Assembly: GCA_963662465.1 (NCBI GenBank)
Contig: OY759599.1
Span: forward strand, 7,712,001-7,776,000
Length of the DNA: 64,000 bases
Direction: 5' to 3'
Source of the DNA: Desulfatiglandales bacterium
Lineage (GTDB): Bacteria; Desulfobacterota; DSM-4660; Desulfatiglandales; Desulfatiglandaceae
The notes beneath the pieces were generated by a model that was given only the letters and a program-made list of their open reading frames with translations, made no database searches and was not told where the DNA came from. Both the position numbers and the translations under genes were made by a program. Each line of letters opens with the position of its first letter. Position 1 is the stretch's first letter. Shown one piece after another: positions 36,495 through 46,976 of the stretch.

Positions 36495-39416
36495 TTAAGG
36501 GTTGTCGGGGTTTTTAGCGGCGTGCTTCACCAGCCGTTCAAGATCCCAGTCCACCAGGAGTCTCAAGCGGGAATTCAACCCTTTTTTCTTGTAGACAATA
36601 TGACCATGCTCAAGCCCGTATTGAAACAGATCCCGGGTGGCTTCAACGTCATGGCGGCAGTATTCGGCCAGCTTTTCCATTTCTCCCTGCCGGAACCATT
36701 CCACAGCCTGAAGGCCATGGGCGGTTTTTCCCTTGCCCAGGGTTTCCGTAGCCAGAAGATCGAGTCCCAGTCTGAACCCCAGCCGTTGATGAATGTCCGC
36801 CAGGATATCAAAGGTGGGAAGGGTTTTCAAGTCCTGTTCGGTATAGGCGCCCAGGACTTTGTAATCAAACCCAATGATGTTAAACCCCACGATGAGATTG
36901 CCTTTGGCCAGATGCCGCACCAGGTCATGGATGCGGTCTTCCTCAAACATCAGAAAACGGTTCTCCAGGCTGTCAAACAGAATTGCCACGGAGACCCTCA
37001 TGAGGTGGGTGTTACGCCAGCCCCCCACGTCCTGAGCGGTTTTTTGGGTTTCAAGGTCAAGGTAGAGTATCCGGGGGCCGGCGGGTTTTTCCTCTCGCGG
37101 CGTTGTTTTATGGGCAACCGGCAGGGGCGTCCCATGATCTGTTTCATCGGCCATGTCGCCAAAAGAAATGTGCCCCAGAAGGCCTTCGAGGATCAATTGC
37201 GCCGCCGCCTTATCCAGGGGTTTGTTGCCGGAACCGCACTTGGGGGAATGGATGCAGGAGGGGCACCCGTCCTCGCACTCGCAGCTTTTGAGGTGCTCCA
37301 GGGTTTTTTGAAGAAGTTCCAGGATAGTCTCAAATCCCCGGAGGGCCAGCCCCACGCCGCCGGGATAGGCATCGTAGATGAAGATGGCGGATTTTCCCAC
37401 CTGGGGGTGGTGGGGGTAACAGATGCCGCCGATATCGTTTCGATCGCACAGGGCAAAAAGGGGGAAGAGGCCGATGGCGGCATGCTCGATGGCATGGATG
37501 CCGCCCATGAAATGAAGCCCTTTTTTTTCCACAAAGCGCATCAGAATCGGCTCGATTTCCACCCAGAAACCAGAGGTTTCAAAAATCCGGGGGGGCAGAT
37601 CTTCCAACGGAAAGACCCCCATGAGGCCCTGCCCGGGGATCGATCGTTTTTCATAGCCGGTGACGATTTCGGTGACTTTGAGGATGCCCTCCCGTACGAT
37701 GAATTGCCCCCTTGGCCGGCTTTGGTGAATCTTGATGATTTCCGTCTCTTTTTCGCTGAGGGCACGCGTAAAATACTTGAGGTCGGATTGATGAACCACC
37801 ACGTCCTTTTTGTCCGGGAACAAATGTTCCACCTCATATTGACGGGCCCGATGCAGGTAGATGGCGCCTGGATGGCATTCCTTGAATACCTTGAAACCGC
37901 CCACCGTTCCGATGGCTTGCCCTGTCTCCCGCTCGAAAATGGTAAAGGTTTCGCCGGCGGAACGAATGTTGACGGCGAGCTGGGGGTTGCGCCGGGCCGA
38001 AAACCACATGGGGTCTCCTTCGGCGGTTCGGCTCAAGAGCCCATTTTTTTCCAGTTGGTCCAGCAGCGGCATCAGGTCGTGGGGCCAGAAGTCTTCATCT
38101 TCACGGGTGATGGGCAGTTCCGCCGCGGCGCACACCAGATGTTCTTTCACCACGTAGGGGTTGTTCGGGTCCAGGATGGCGGCTTCAAAGGACCTTTCAA
38201 ACAGTTCATGGGGATGTTTCATGAAATACTGGTCCAGAGCATCGGGTTTGGCCACCAGAAGGATCATGGAGTCCCGGCCTGATCTGCCTACCCGACCGCC
38301 TCGTTGCCAGGTGTTGATGATGGTGCCCGGATACCCCACCAGCAGGCAGATGTCCAGGTATCCGATGTCGATGCCCAGTTCCAGGGCGCTCGTGGAGACG
38401 ACCCCCAGAAGATCACCGCGAGCCAGCCGACGCTCGATGCGGCGTCTCTCCTCGGGCAGAAAGCCCGCCCGATAGGAGCTGATTTTGTCGCGAAGGGCGG
38501 GCGTGAGCTGGGTGACCCAAAGATGGATCAGTTCGGTAACCTTTCTCGCCTGGGCAAAGACAATGGTGCGAAATCCCCCTCTGACGCATTCCGTGAAAAG
38601 CTTTGCGGATGAAAAGTTGGGGCTTCCTTCGGGGTTGAGGAATAGCACGTGCCGGCCGGATTTCGGGGCGCCGGTGGCGCGGACCACTTCAATTTCCTGT
38701 TGGATGAGATTTTCCCCGAAGGGTTTGGGGTTGGCAACGGTGGCGGACAAAAGCACGAACTGGGGATTGGCCCCGTAAAAGCGGCACAGCCGTCGCAGCC
38801 GTCGGATAATCTGGCTCAAATGGCTTCCGAAGATTCCCCGGTAGGTATGCACCTCGTCCAGGACCACGAAAGAGAGATTCTTGAACAATGCCCCCCAGCC
38901 CTGGTGATGCGCCAGGATGCCCCGATGCAGCATATCGGGATTGGTGAAAAGGATATGGGGAAGGTTGCGTCGGATCATTTTTCGCTGGTAGGGCGTGGTG
39001 TCGCCATCGTAGATGGCCGCGTTGATTTGAAGGCTTTCAATCCGCTCCAGCCATGCTGAAAGACTTTTTAACTGGTCATGTTCCAGGGCCTTCAAGGGGA
39101 AGATGAAGAGGGCCCGGGCGTTGTTGTCCTGAAGTATCTTTTCAAGAACCGCCAGGGTATACACCAGGGTTTTTCCGCTGGCGGTTTCCGTGGCCACCAG
39201 TACGTTTTTCCCCGCCTCAAGATGGCGGATGGCATCGCACTGATGGGTGTAGAGGCGATTGATTCCCAGTGCGTCCATGGCCTTCCGAATGTCGGCGTGG
39301 AAATTGGGCAGTGTTCCGTAAACCGCCTCGCGGGCCGGAAGAAAATGTTCGAATACAAAGGCCCGCTCGAAGTCGGTATGACCTTTCAGGGTGCTGACGA
39401 ACTGAGAAAGGGTCAC
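36495..39416 (-). CDS. DEAH helicase with DUF1998 (MrfA/Hrq1-like) fused to C-terminal RNase H-like exonuclease (YprB/MrfB-like)
   Basis: TASGKT, DEVH, SAT, QRGGRVGR, CECEDGCPSC, then YLDLETQ...GFNIIGFD...YCRHDV. Confidence 0.9.
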   Translation of the reverse strand: MTLSQFVSTLKGHTDFERAFVFEHFLPAREAVYGTLPNFHADIRKAMDALGINRLYTHQCDAIRHLEAGKNVLVATETASGKTLVYTLAVLEKILQDNNARALFIFPLKALEHDQLKSLSAWLERIESLQINAAIYDGDTTPYQRKMIRRNLPHILFTNPDMLHRGILAHHQGWGALFKNLSFVVLDEVHTYRGIFGSHLSQIIRRLRRLCRFYGANPQFVLLSATVANPKPFGENLIQQEIEVVRATGAPKSGRHVLFLNPEGSPNFSSAKLFTECVRGGFRTIVFAQARKVTELIHLWVTQLTPALRDKISSYRAGFLPEERRRIERRLARGDLLGVVSTSALELGIDIGYLDICLLVGYPGTIINTWQRGGRVGRSGRDSMILLVAKPDALDQYFMKHPHELFERSFEAAILDPNNPYVVKEHLVCAAAELPITREDEDFWPHDLMPLLDQLEKNGLLSRTAEGDPMWFSARRNPQLAVNIRSAGETFTIFERETGQAIGTVGGFKVFKECHPGAIYLHRARQYEVEHLFPDKKDVVVHQSDLKYFTRALSEKETEIIKIHQSRPRGQFIVREGILKVTEIVTGYEKRSIPGQGLMGVFPLEDLPPRIFETSGFWVEIEPILMRFVEKKGLHFMGGIHAIEHAAIGLFPLFALCDRNDIGGICYPHHPQVGKSAIFIYDAYPGGVGLALRGFETILELLQKTLEHLKSCECEDGCPSCIHSPKCGSGNKPLDKAAAQLILEGLLGHISFGDMADETDHGTPLPVAHKTTPREEKPAGPRILYLDLETQKTAQDVGGWRNTHLMRVSVAILFDSLENRFLMFEEDRIHDLVRHLAKGNLIVGFNIIGFDYKVLGAYTEQDLKTLPTFDILADIHQRLGFRLGLDLLATETLGKGKTAHGLQAVEWFRQGEMEKLAEYCRHDVEATRDLFQYGLEHGHIVYKKKGLNSRLRLLVDWDLERLVKHAAKNPDNP

Positions 39417-39421
39417 GTTGT

Positions 39422-39778
39422 TTACTTTTTTACTGTGGATTGGGTCTCGGACGCTTTTTTCTTCTCAAACTTTTTTTTCAGAGCCTCTTCGATTTCTTCT
39501 CCGCTCGCTTTGGCCCGATCTTTTTCCGTCATTTGAAGTTGCTCGTGGGTTTTTTTCAGGATATTGCTCATGAAGGTGTCGTTTTCAACGCTCCAGGCGC
39601 TCCATCCATCAATCCCGATATATTCGTCGTAGGTGGTTTCGTAGTAGGGATCATAAATCCTGACGCCTTTTTGTTCGTCATATTCATATCGGACAAATTC
39701 CCCATCAAAACGCTCAAAATCTTCATCTTTCAGCCCCAGGTTTTTCAACAGGGGCTTGTGTGCTTCCTTCACATTCAT
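39422..39778 (-). CDS. Hypothetical protein
   Basis: 118-aa ORF in operon with RBS GGAG. Confidence 0.7.
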   Translation of the reverse strand: MNVKEAHKPLLKNLGLKDEDFERFDGEFVRYEYDEQKGVRIYDPYYETTYDEYIGIDGWSAWSVENDTFMSNILKKTHEQLQMTEKDRAKASGEEIEEALKKKFEKKKASETQSTVKK

Positions 39779-39787
39779 TTTATGCTC

Positions 39788-41785
39788 CTAAAGTTCCAGC
39801 TGTGCTTTTGCGGATTCCATTTTATCGTGGCATTCTTCCCACTTTTCAATCTGGGTATCCAGTTTTCTTTTGACCTCTTTGTATTCGGTTAAGAGCGGCA
39901 CGCTTTTTTCGTTGTCTTCAAATATTTTCGGGTCGGCAAGGAGGATTTCCACCGCCTTCTGTTGGGTTTCCAGTTGGGAGATGAAGGCTTCCGTTTGTTC
40001 AAGTTCCCGTTGAATCGGTGCTAGAACTTTGTGAATCCGCTGCCGCTGTTCAGCCGCTTTCCGCTTATCCTTTTTTCGATGCCGGCTTTTATTGCCTGAA
40101 AGGACCGTGTCCTTTTGTGTGGTATCGGAGGCAGGTTTCAGCCCTTTTCCGGGATTTCCCGGGTTAATATCCGCTTCGGTTTCGGAAAGATGCCGGTAAT
40201 ATTCTTTCAGGGTGCCGGGGTATTCGATCATTTCCCGGCCGCTGATGTCCCAGATCTTGGTGGCCAGGCGGTTGACAAAGGACTGGTTGTGGGAAACGAA
40301 AAGGAGGGTGCCGCCATATCCCGACAATGCATCAATCAATGTTTCTGAGCTTTCGATGTCAAGGTGGTTGGTGGGCTCATCCATGAGCATGAAATTTCCG
40401 GGTTTGACGAGGAGCTTTGCAAGGGATACCCGGGCTCTTTCCCCACCGGAAAGGACGCTGATGAACTTGTCCACATCATTGCCCGAAAAGAGAAAGGCCC
40501 CGCAGACCGATCTTACAAATCCGATGCTCGCATCGGGGGCCGACTGGTAGACTTCTTCCACTACGGTTTTTTGAGGATTGAGCAGGTCGGAATGGTGCTG
40601 GGCAAAATAGGCGATATTGACCTGATGGCCCAGAACAATTTTTCCCTGATCCGGCGTCAGTTCCCCTGCCACGGCACGAAGCAGGGTGGTTTTTCCGCAA
40701 CCGTTGGGGCCGATAATGGCGATCCGTTCGCCCCGGGTGACTCTCAGGTTGAGATGTTCATAGAGAATGTTATCCCCGAACCGTTTTGACACATCCCGAA
40801 TGGCAACCACTTCATCTCCGCTTCGCGGAATGGGCGGAAAGGAGAAGCGGAGGGTTTTTTCCTTGCGATGGGTCTGAACGATTTCCATCTTTTCCACCAG
40901 TTTAATTTTGCTCTGAGCCTGGCGGGCCTTGTTGGCCTTGGATTTGAACCGTTCAATGAATTTCTGAGCGTCCTTGATTTTTTGTTCCTGATTTTTGGCT
41001 TTGGCTTCAAGGGTTTTAACTTCTTCGCCGCGGGCTTTTAGGTAGAAGTCATAATTGCCGCTGTAGGAGCGCATGCCTTCCGTTTCAAATGAAACAATGC
41101 GGTTGATCTGCCGATTGAGAAATTCCCTGTCGTGAGAGATCAGAATCATGGCGCCCTTAAAGCCCTGAAGAAACGTTTCCAGCCATCTTACGGAGGGCAT
41201 GTCGAGGTGATTGGTGGGCTCGTCCAGGAGAAGCAGATCGGGTTTTTGGTACAGAAGCCTTGCCAGGGCGGCCCTCATCTTCCACCCGCCGCTGAGTGTG
41301 GAAACAGGTTTTTGAAAATCCGACACGTTAAATCCGAGGCCCGATAGGATTTTTTCCGCCTCGTGATGGGGAAAATTGAGATCCAGGCGGTTTATTTCCT
41401 GGTGTATATTGGCAACCTGTTTGCCAAGGTTGCTCTGGCGCTGTTTATCGGAAGCCTTTTCAAGGGAATGTTCCGCTTCTTTCAGATCTTTTTCAAGCGC
41501 CAATCGCCCCGGTATGGCGCTGAGGACCGACTGAAGCAGGGATCCTGATTCAATTTCCTGTATATCCTGGGCAAGGTATCCCATACGGGAATTCTTCGCA
41601 ATTTTGATCTCTCCGCTATCGGGTGCGATCTCACCCATGATAACGCGGAGCAGGGTGGTTTTTCCGCTTCCGTTGGGACCTACCAGGCCGATGCGATCTC
41701 CGGGATTGACTTGAAGTCCTACCTGGTTGAAAATCTGCCGTTCAACAAAGTTGAGGGAAACCTTAATGACGCTTACAAGACTCAT
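39788..41785 (-). CDS. ABC-F family ATP-binding protein
   Basis: Two ABC cassettes (GPNGSGKT, LSGGW, DEPTNHLD twice), no TM, C-terminal coiled coil. Confidence 0.93.
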   Translation of the reverse strand: MSLVSVIKVSLNFVERQIFNQVGLQVNPGDRIGLVGPNGSGKTTLLRVIMGEIAPDSGEIKIAKNSRMGYLAQDIQEIESGSLLQSVLSAIPGRLALEKDLKEAEHSLEKASDKQRQSNLGKQVANIHQEINRLDLNFPHHEAEKILSGLGFNVSDFQKPVSTLSGGWKMRAALARLLYQKPDLLLLDEPTNHLDMPSVRWLETFLQGFKGAMILISHDREFLNRQINRIVSFETEGMRSYSGNYDFYLKARGEEVKTLEAKAKNQEQKIKDAQKFIERFKSKANKARQAQSKIKLVEKMEIVQTHRKEKTLRFSFPPIPRSGDEVVAIRDVSKRFGDNILYEHLNLRVTRGERIAIIGPNGCGKTTLLRAVAGELTPDQGKIVLGHQVNIAYFAQHHSDLLNPQKTVVEEVYQSAPDASIGFVRSVCGAFLFSGNDVDKFISVLSGGERARVSLAKLLVKPGNFMLMDEPTNHLDIESSETLIDALSGYGGTLLFVSHNQSFVNRLATKIWDISGREMIEYPGTLKEYYRHLSETEADINPGNPGKGLKPASDTTQKDTVLSGNKSRHRKKDKRKAAEQRQRIHKVLAPIQRELEQTEAFISQLETQQKAVEILLADPKIFEDNEKSVPLLTEYKEVKRKLDTQIEKWEECHDKMESAKAQLEL

Positions 41786-42014
41786 GGCTTTTTTGTGTGA
41801 TCTCTGTTATTTTTTAAACCTGCGCGAGGCCATCCGCCCCCGCGGAGAATGGCTTACCCTTGCACGGGCGCCGTTCCGGGGCTGAAATAAGGATTTCAAG
41901 CGCCGGTGAAGTTGGTTTGAAGGCTTATATATAATGGTTAATGCTGAATTTGCAAGGGTCATCGGTTTTCAATTTCCGAAGATTGGAAAAGCCATGACCC
42001 ATGAACGATAACCG

Positions 42015-43832
42015 GTGAGGCTTAGGGTGACATCAGAACCGATCCAACGTAAACTGGCAGCGATCTTGAGCGCGGATGTTAAGGGATACAGTCGCCTTAT
42101 GGGTCAGGATGAAGCGGCGACGGTAACGGCTATCAGGGCGCGTCGCCGGATTATGGCTTCCGCCATTGAACGCGGGCACGGCAGGGTGGTTGATTCCCCC
42201 GGGGATAATGTCCTGGCGGAGTTTGCCAGCGCCGTGGATGCGCTTAAATGCGCCGTTGCCATACAGGAGGCGCTGGAGAAAAAAAATGCGGAATTGCCCG
42301 ATGACCGTAGAATGGTTTTCCGCATGGGGATCAATATCGGAGACGTGATCGTTGAAGGCGGGGAGATCTATGGAGATGGCGTCAATATCGCCGCAAGGCT
42401 GGAGGGCCTGGCCGACCCGGGAGGCATTTGTATTTCAGGGACCCTGTATGACCAGGTGAAGCGAAAGGTCCATTATCGATACGATTTCATGGGTCTGCAA
42501 ACGGTCAAGAACATATCCGAGGCGGTTCGGGCCTATCGTGTGACATGGAAAGACGCCGATATGGTGAAGGGCGCCGAAAAAAGAAAAAAGTCCTACAGAT
42601 TGATCCTATTTACGGGGAAAGGGTCCGGGTTTATACCGAAAGTAATCGCGACATGCTTTTTGATGCTTCTGCTGATGCCTTTTGCGAACCATTTTAACCT
42701 TAACCTGTTGACGAAAATGTGGCAGTGTCGCCTGACCCTGTTGCCCAATGCGCACCAGGTGACCGTTGTCACCATTGACAAAGACGAATATCGGAAGATG
42801 AATGTGAAGGGGGGAGAATTGCCGCCGCCCCCATTTGATTCAAGGCCGAAGCTTTGGCGTCAATACAACCCGACGGTTATCAAACACCTTTTTGAAATGG
42901 GCGTGGGCGCCGTGGGATTTGATTTCTGGTATTCCCCCGCCAATGATGCAGCCGAGAAAAAGGCCACGAACCGATTTGTCGAGAGTCTCAAATGGGCCAG
43001 GGAAAAAGAGTTTCCCGTTATTCTGGGGCAGTACCGTAATACGCAGGATCAGGCCGTTTACAGCCAGACCGACTGGGGCTTTATTTCCGTATACAGGGAT
43101 TTGACCTGGATCAATGAAGTCATGTACCTGAAGACCTGGGACAGGATGGCGGTATCGGGGGTCGTGGTGGACCGCCCGGGTTTCTTTTTACAGGTATTGG
43201 CGGAAAAATTGAGGTTGAAACCGGTGCTGGACGAAAGCGGGGTGAGGCTCATTGGACCACCGATTCCAAGGCGGCTGTGGTTGGCCTTTGCTGAGACGCC
43301 TTTTACAACCGTGCCCTATCACGAAGTTTACAATGGATGGGCGGATGAGAAGTTGTTTTCGGGGCGGATGGTTCTTATCGGTATGGGGGGCGCTGAAACG
43401 GATTACTTCCATGTTCCGTACAGTCCCACCGATTTCACGCCCCATAACAAGGCGGATGGTTATGGAATGCCTGGCGTATTTCTGTTCGCCCATGCCGTCA
43501 ATCAGATGGTTCAAGGCTATTATCACACTGAAATAAACGATGAATGGAGACTGACGGGTTCAGGTGAAACCATTTCACTCTTTCATCTGGAGAGCATTCT
43601 GTATCTCTTGCTTGAAACCATCGGCACATGTTTGTTAGTCTATGGGGTGTCGATTATTACCCGAAACAAGGGACTATGGAAAACTCTTTTCCGGGCGTGG
43701 TTGGCAATGGCGGCTCTTATTGCGGCACTGGTCTTTATCCCCGTTCTTTTTGGGCTGGCTAATTTTTTATTGGCGGGCCTTGTTTTTTCGTTATTGTCAG
43801 TCAGGGGCATGAAAAACCAAAAACTCGCTTGA
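42015..43832 (+). CDS. Class III nucleotide cyclase with C-terminal CHASE2-like sensor domain
   Basis: AILSADVKGYS, GDNVLAEF, GINIGDV, GDGVNIAARL; TM; VVTID...AVGFDF...VLIG...DYF...MPGVFLFAHAVNQ; C-terminal TMs. Confidence 0.8.
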   Translation: MRLRVTSEPIQRKLAAILSADVKGYSRLMGQDEAATVTAIRARRRIMASAIERGHGRVVDSPGDNVLAEFASAVDALKCAVAIQEALEKKNAELPDDRRMVFRMGINIGDVIVEGGEIYGDGVNIAARLEGLADPGGICISGTLYDQVKRKVHYRYDFMGLQTVKNISEAVRAYRVTWKDADMVKGAEKRKKSYRLILFTGKGSGFIPKVIATCFLMLLLMPFANHFNLNLLTKMWQCRLTLLPNAHQVTVVTIDKDEYRKMNVKGGELPPPPFDSRPKLWRQYNPTVIKHLFEMGVGAVGFDFWYSPANDAAEKKATNRFVESLKWAREKEFPVILGQYRNTQDQAVYSQTDWGFISVYRDLTWINEVMYLKTWDRMAVSGVVVDRPGFFLQVLAEKLRLKPVLDESGVRLIGPPIPRRLWLAFAETPFTTVPYHEVYNGWADEKLFSGRMVLIGMGGAETDYFHVPYSPTDFTPHNKADGYGMPGVFLFAHAVNQMVQGYYHTEINDEWRLTGSGETISLFHLESILYLLLETIGTCLLVYGVSIITRNKGLWKTLFRAWLAMAALIAALVFIPVLFGLANFLLAGLVFSLLSVRGMKNQKLA

Positions 43833-43898
43833 AACATTTTTAAAGACGGGCTTTTCGACGGAAAAAAGGGTCGCAGTTGCTGAAAGGGGATTAGCAAT

Positions 43899-44384
43899 AT
43901 GAATTTAGATAAATTGAGATGGGTTATACCCTTGTTTTGCGTTATGGTTTTGTGGGTGTTTCAGGGATTCGCGGGGGAAAGGGAAGGCAAACAAAACCCG
44001 GTAAATTCAGGGATGATTGAAATTGACTGTAACATCTCACACCTGGAATTATATCTGTGTTCTAAAGAAAAATACCAAAGAAAGGAAACACGGGTGTTTT
44101 TCGGTCTGATAAAATCGGAGCGGTTTGTCTGTTCTGAAGGAGAGATTTCGCTGGGAGAGACGCCGGTTAAGCCGATGCATGTGCCGCCCGGAAAATACAT
44201 ATTGTTGGTCCCTCGGGATTACCGATGGGAACATGACGGTCCCATTGAGATCGATGTAAAGACCGGGAAAAGAAGGTATTTTCTATTGAAGCTTTTCAGC
44301 ACCCGGGCCGATAGAAGCGGCGATGACCACGGTGGGGGTGGTGGCGGTGGCGGCGGTGGCGGCGGTGGCGGCGGGGCACGTTGA
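43899..44384 (+). CDS. Exported hypothetical protein with poly-Gly tail
   Basis: Signal peptide, GETP...PGKY motif (PEGA-like), GGT/GGC repeat 44330-44377. Confidence 0.6.
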   Translation: MNLDKLRWVIPLFCVMVLWVFQGFAGEREGKQNPVNSGMIEIDCNISHLELYLCSKEKYQRKETRVFFGLIKSERFVCSEGEISLGETPVKPMHVPPGKYILLVPRDYRWEHDGPIEIDVKTGKRRYFLLKLFSTRADRSGDDHGGGGGGGGGGGGGGGAR

Positions 44385-44398
44385 TCAGCGCCGGTTTA

Positions 44399-44848
44399 TT
44401 AACGCCCGGCATGACTTGGCATGGCGCGATGCTCCACCATGATGCACCGGTTCATGACGACCTGTATGCCCGCCTTCCTGGCTTTTGCGGCGGCGTCGTT
44501 ATGGAAAATCCCCAGTTGCATCCAGATGGCTTTGACCCCCATGCGAATGCACTGGTCCACCACCGGGGGAACACGGGTGGAATTGATGAAGAGGTTGGCC
44601 ACATCAATGGTAAATGGGATGTCTTCAAGGGTTTTGTAGCAGGTTCTTTCCAGTATTTGTTGCTGCCCCGGATTTACGGGAATCATGTCATAGCCCTGTT
44701 CCAACAGATATCGGGCGACCCTGTTGCTGTCCCTGGATGCTTTGGGCGATAGGCCCATAACCGCAATTCGCTTTGAATTCCGCAGTATTTTTGCTATTTT
44801 TTCCGCAGGGAGCGTGTAATCAGGTAGTTCGCATTCGATAGCTTGCAT
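44399..44848 (-). CDS. CoA-binding protein (YccU-like)
   Basis: IAVMGLS...PVNP...IWMQLG...VVMNRC. Confidence 0.9.
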   Translation of the reverse strand: MQAIECELPDYTLPAEKIAKILRNSKRIAVMGLSPKASRDSNRVARYLLEQGYDMIPVNPGQQQILERTCYKTLEDIPFTIDVANLFINSTRVPPVVDQCIRMGVKAIWMQLGIFHNDAAAKARKAGIQVVMNRCIMVEHRAMPSHAGR

Positions 44849-44856
44849 GGGTTCCC

Positions 44857-45171
44857 CTACGTTAACAAATTCTTGACGGTTTCCGCTTTTTTCTTTACAT
44901 CCATGGCCTTTTTGACCCCTGGGACCTGTTCCATGACTTTTTCGACCATCTGACTTTCCAGATCGAGTGGTTTTTCGGTCTGTGATGGTTCAATTTTTTT
45001 CACGGATTTTTCATCGGAGTGTTTTTCCGATTTCAATTCCTTTTTGACATTCCTGAATTCCCTGATAGCGCCGCCGAGGCCTTTACCAATATCCGGAAGG
45101 CGCTTAGCGCCAAAGATAAAAATGACAATAATGGCAATGACAATCAGTTCCGTAGGACCAAGCCCGAACAT
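44857..45171 (-). CDS. tatA: Twin-arginine translocase TatA/E subunit
   Basis: MFGLGPTEL...FGAKRLPDIGKGLGGAIREF. Confidence 0.9.
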   Translation of the reverse strand: MFGLGPTELIVIAIIVIFIFGAKRLPDIGKGLGGAIREFRNVKKELKSEKHSDEKSVKKIEPSQTEKPLDLESQMVEKVMEQVPGVKKAMDVKKKAETVKNLLT

Positions 45172-45173
45172 CG

Positions 45174-46250
45174 TTAACTCCTCTCAAGCCCTACGAATTG
45201 GACAGGGTTTTCATTTTCGTCTCGTGCTTCTATGGTTCCGATACAGTATGCTGCTTCTCCCATGGCTTTCAGCCTCAAGAGTACCTCGTCGACTTCTTCC
45301 TCATTGACGACGATCAAAAGTCCCAAGCCGTTATTAAAGGTCAGCAGCATGTCATGATCCGATACACGTCCGGCTTTTTGGATATATTGAAATACCGGGT
45401 GGGGAACCCAGGCGGTTGTGTCAATGACAGCCTTGCAACGTGAAGGAAATATGCGGGGGGGATTTTCGATGAGCCCTCCGCCCGTGATGTGGCTGATGCC
45501 GTAGAGATGAAAATCCCTTCTTAGATTGCTGATGGTTCTGGCGTATATACGGGTAGGTTCAAGGAGTTCCTCACCAAGGGTTCGACCAAAATCCGGAACA
45601 TGGTCGGAAACGGACATTTTCAGGTCATTAAAGAAAATTTTGCGTACCAGTGAGTATCCGTTGCTGTGGAGACCGCTGGAACCGATGCCGATCAGCCGAT
45701 GGCCTACGGCAATTTCGCTTCCGTCCAGCAGTTCTTCGTTATCGGCCATGCCGACCACGAATCCGGCCAAATCGTATTCGTCTTTTGCGTAAAAACCGGG
45801 CATCTCAGCGGTTTCTCCTCCGATGAGCGAGCATTTTGCGTCGATACACCCTGCTGCAATCCCTTTCACAATTTCTACGGCTTTATTTTCATCCAGCACG
45901 CCCATGGATATGTAGTCAAGGAAAAAAAGAGGAGATGCGCCCTGTACGACAATATCATTGACGCACATGGCGACGAGGTCGAGCCCGATGGTATCATGTT
46001 TGTCGAGCATGAAGGCAATCTTGAGCTTTGTCCCAACGCCGTCGGTAGAGCTGACCAGGACAGGGTTTTTGATGTGCTGAACTTGCAGCGAAAAGAGACC
46101 GGCAAATCCGCCGATATTTGTGATGACGCCCGGGGTCTGGGTTTTGGCAACAATCGGTTTGATTTGCTCTACAAATCTCTTTCCTGCCTCAATGTCGACG
46201 CCTGCTTCGGCGTATTGATCTTTTAGATTATCCGGTTTTAGGGGGTTCAT
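45174..46250 (-). CDS. purM: Phosphoribosylformylglycinamidine cyclo-ligase
   Basis: YAEAGVDI, STDGVGTKL, GGETAEMP, GLHSNGYSL, HITGGG. Confidence 0.97.
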   Translation of the reverse strand: MNPLKPDNLKDQYAEAGVDIEAGKRFVEQIKPIVAKTQTPGVITNIGGFAGLFSLQVQHIKNPVLVSSTDGVGTKLKIAFMLDKHDTIGLDLVAMCVNDIVVQGASPLFFLDYISMGVLDENKAVEIVKGIAAGCIDAKCSLIGGETAEMPGFYAKDEYDLAGFVVGMADNEELLDGSEIAVGHRLIGIGSSGLHSNGYSLVRKIFFNDLKMSVSDHVPDFGRTLGEELLEPTRIYARTISNLRRDFHLYGISHITGGGLIENPPRIFPSRCKAVIDTTAWVPHPVFQYIQKAGRVSDHDMLLTFNNGLGLLIVVNEEEVDEVLLRLKAMGEAAYCIGTIEARDENENPVQFVGLERS

Positions 46251-46394
46251 TCTTTTTTAACTCCATTTCAGGCAATCCCGAATCGATTTTTACCGGGCGA
46301 TGGTTCTCTGTTTATTTCGTAAATAGTCGTTTGCGAGTTCAAAGGATGTATTCCTTTGGATTTTTATCTACCCCCTGAACCCGTGAACGGTTAT

Positions 46395-46721
46395 TTAGAG
46401 GGCAAACAATTGCTCAATTCTTTGGGCAAGCATGATGTCTCCGACCGCTTTGAGTTTCCCACCCATAAAAGCTTGCATGCCGTTGATTTGTTTGTTAATC
46501 ATGCCAAGCCATGTTTCAGCTGACATGGTGAGTGTTACGGTGGGGGCGTCATGGGCGCCTTCCATGATTTCACAGTTTCCGCCATTGATGGCAATGTTCC
46601 AGCTCCCGCCATCATCCCCGGTTATTTCAAATTGAAATACCGCATTCAAATCTTGGGCCGCATCAGCATTAAACACCTCGGGCATTTTGTTAAATACGTC
46701 CCTTACATTCATTAAAGCCAT
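46395..46721 (-). CDS. SCP2 sterol-binding domain protein
   Basis: AVFQFEITG...AFMGGKLKAVGDIMLA; start ATG 46721 with RBS GGAGGA. Confidence 0.9.
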   Translation of the reverse strand: MALMNVRDVFNKMPEVFNADAAQDLNAVFQFEITGDDGGSWNIAINGGNCEIMEGAHDAPTVTLTMSAETWLGMINKQINGMQAFMGGKLKAVGDIMLAQRIEQLFAL

Positions 46722-46976
46722 TTTTAGTCCTCCTCCTGCTTTCCTCTTTTTCGGACCGGATATAACTAGCAAATGATCCTATTGTCAATCAATATTGACA
46801 ATAGCCGAAATTTCTTATTTTAGCAATGGAACCTTATTCTAAAAATAAGAAATTTCCCATGGCAAAATATTAAAAAGTGGTTTCGCTTTATGAGAACTGA
46901 TTATTTTGTGATTTTTCTTGCAATATCGTAATGCCTATGCTAAAAATCCCGCATTTTAGTTGAGGATGCAAGTGCC

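Noticed and set aside
36450..38282. 610-aa plus-strand ORF (and similar long ORFs 25522..26703, 27088..27942, 31457..32443)
   Set aside because: Antisense shadows of well-supported minus-strand genes; no motifs
44330..44377. GGT/GGC repeat as a phase-variation tract
   Set aside because: Triplet-based and in frame at the extreme C-terminus; length change would not switch expression
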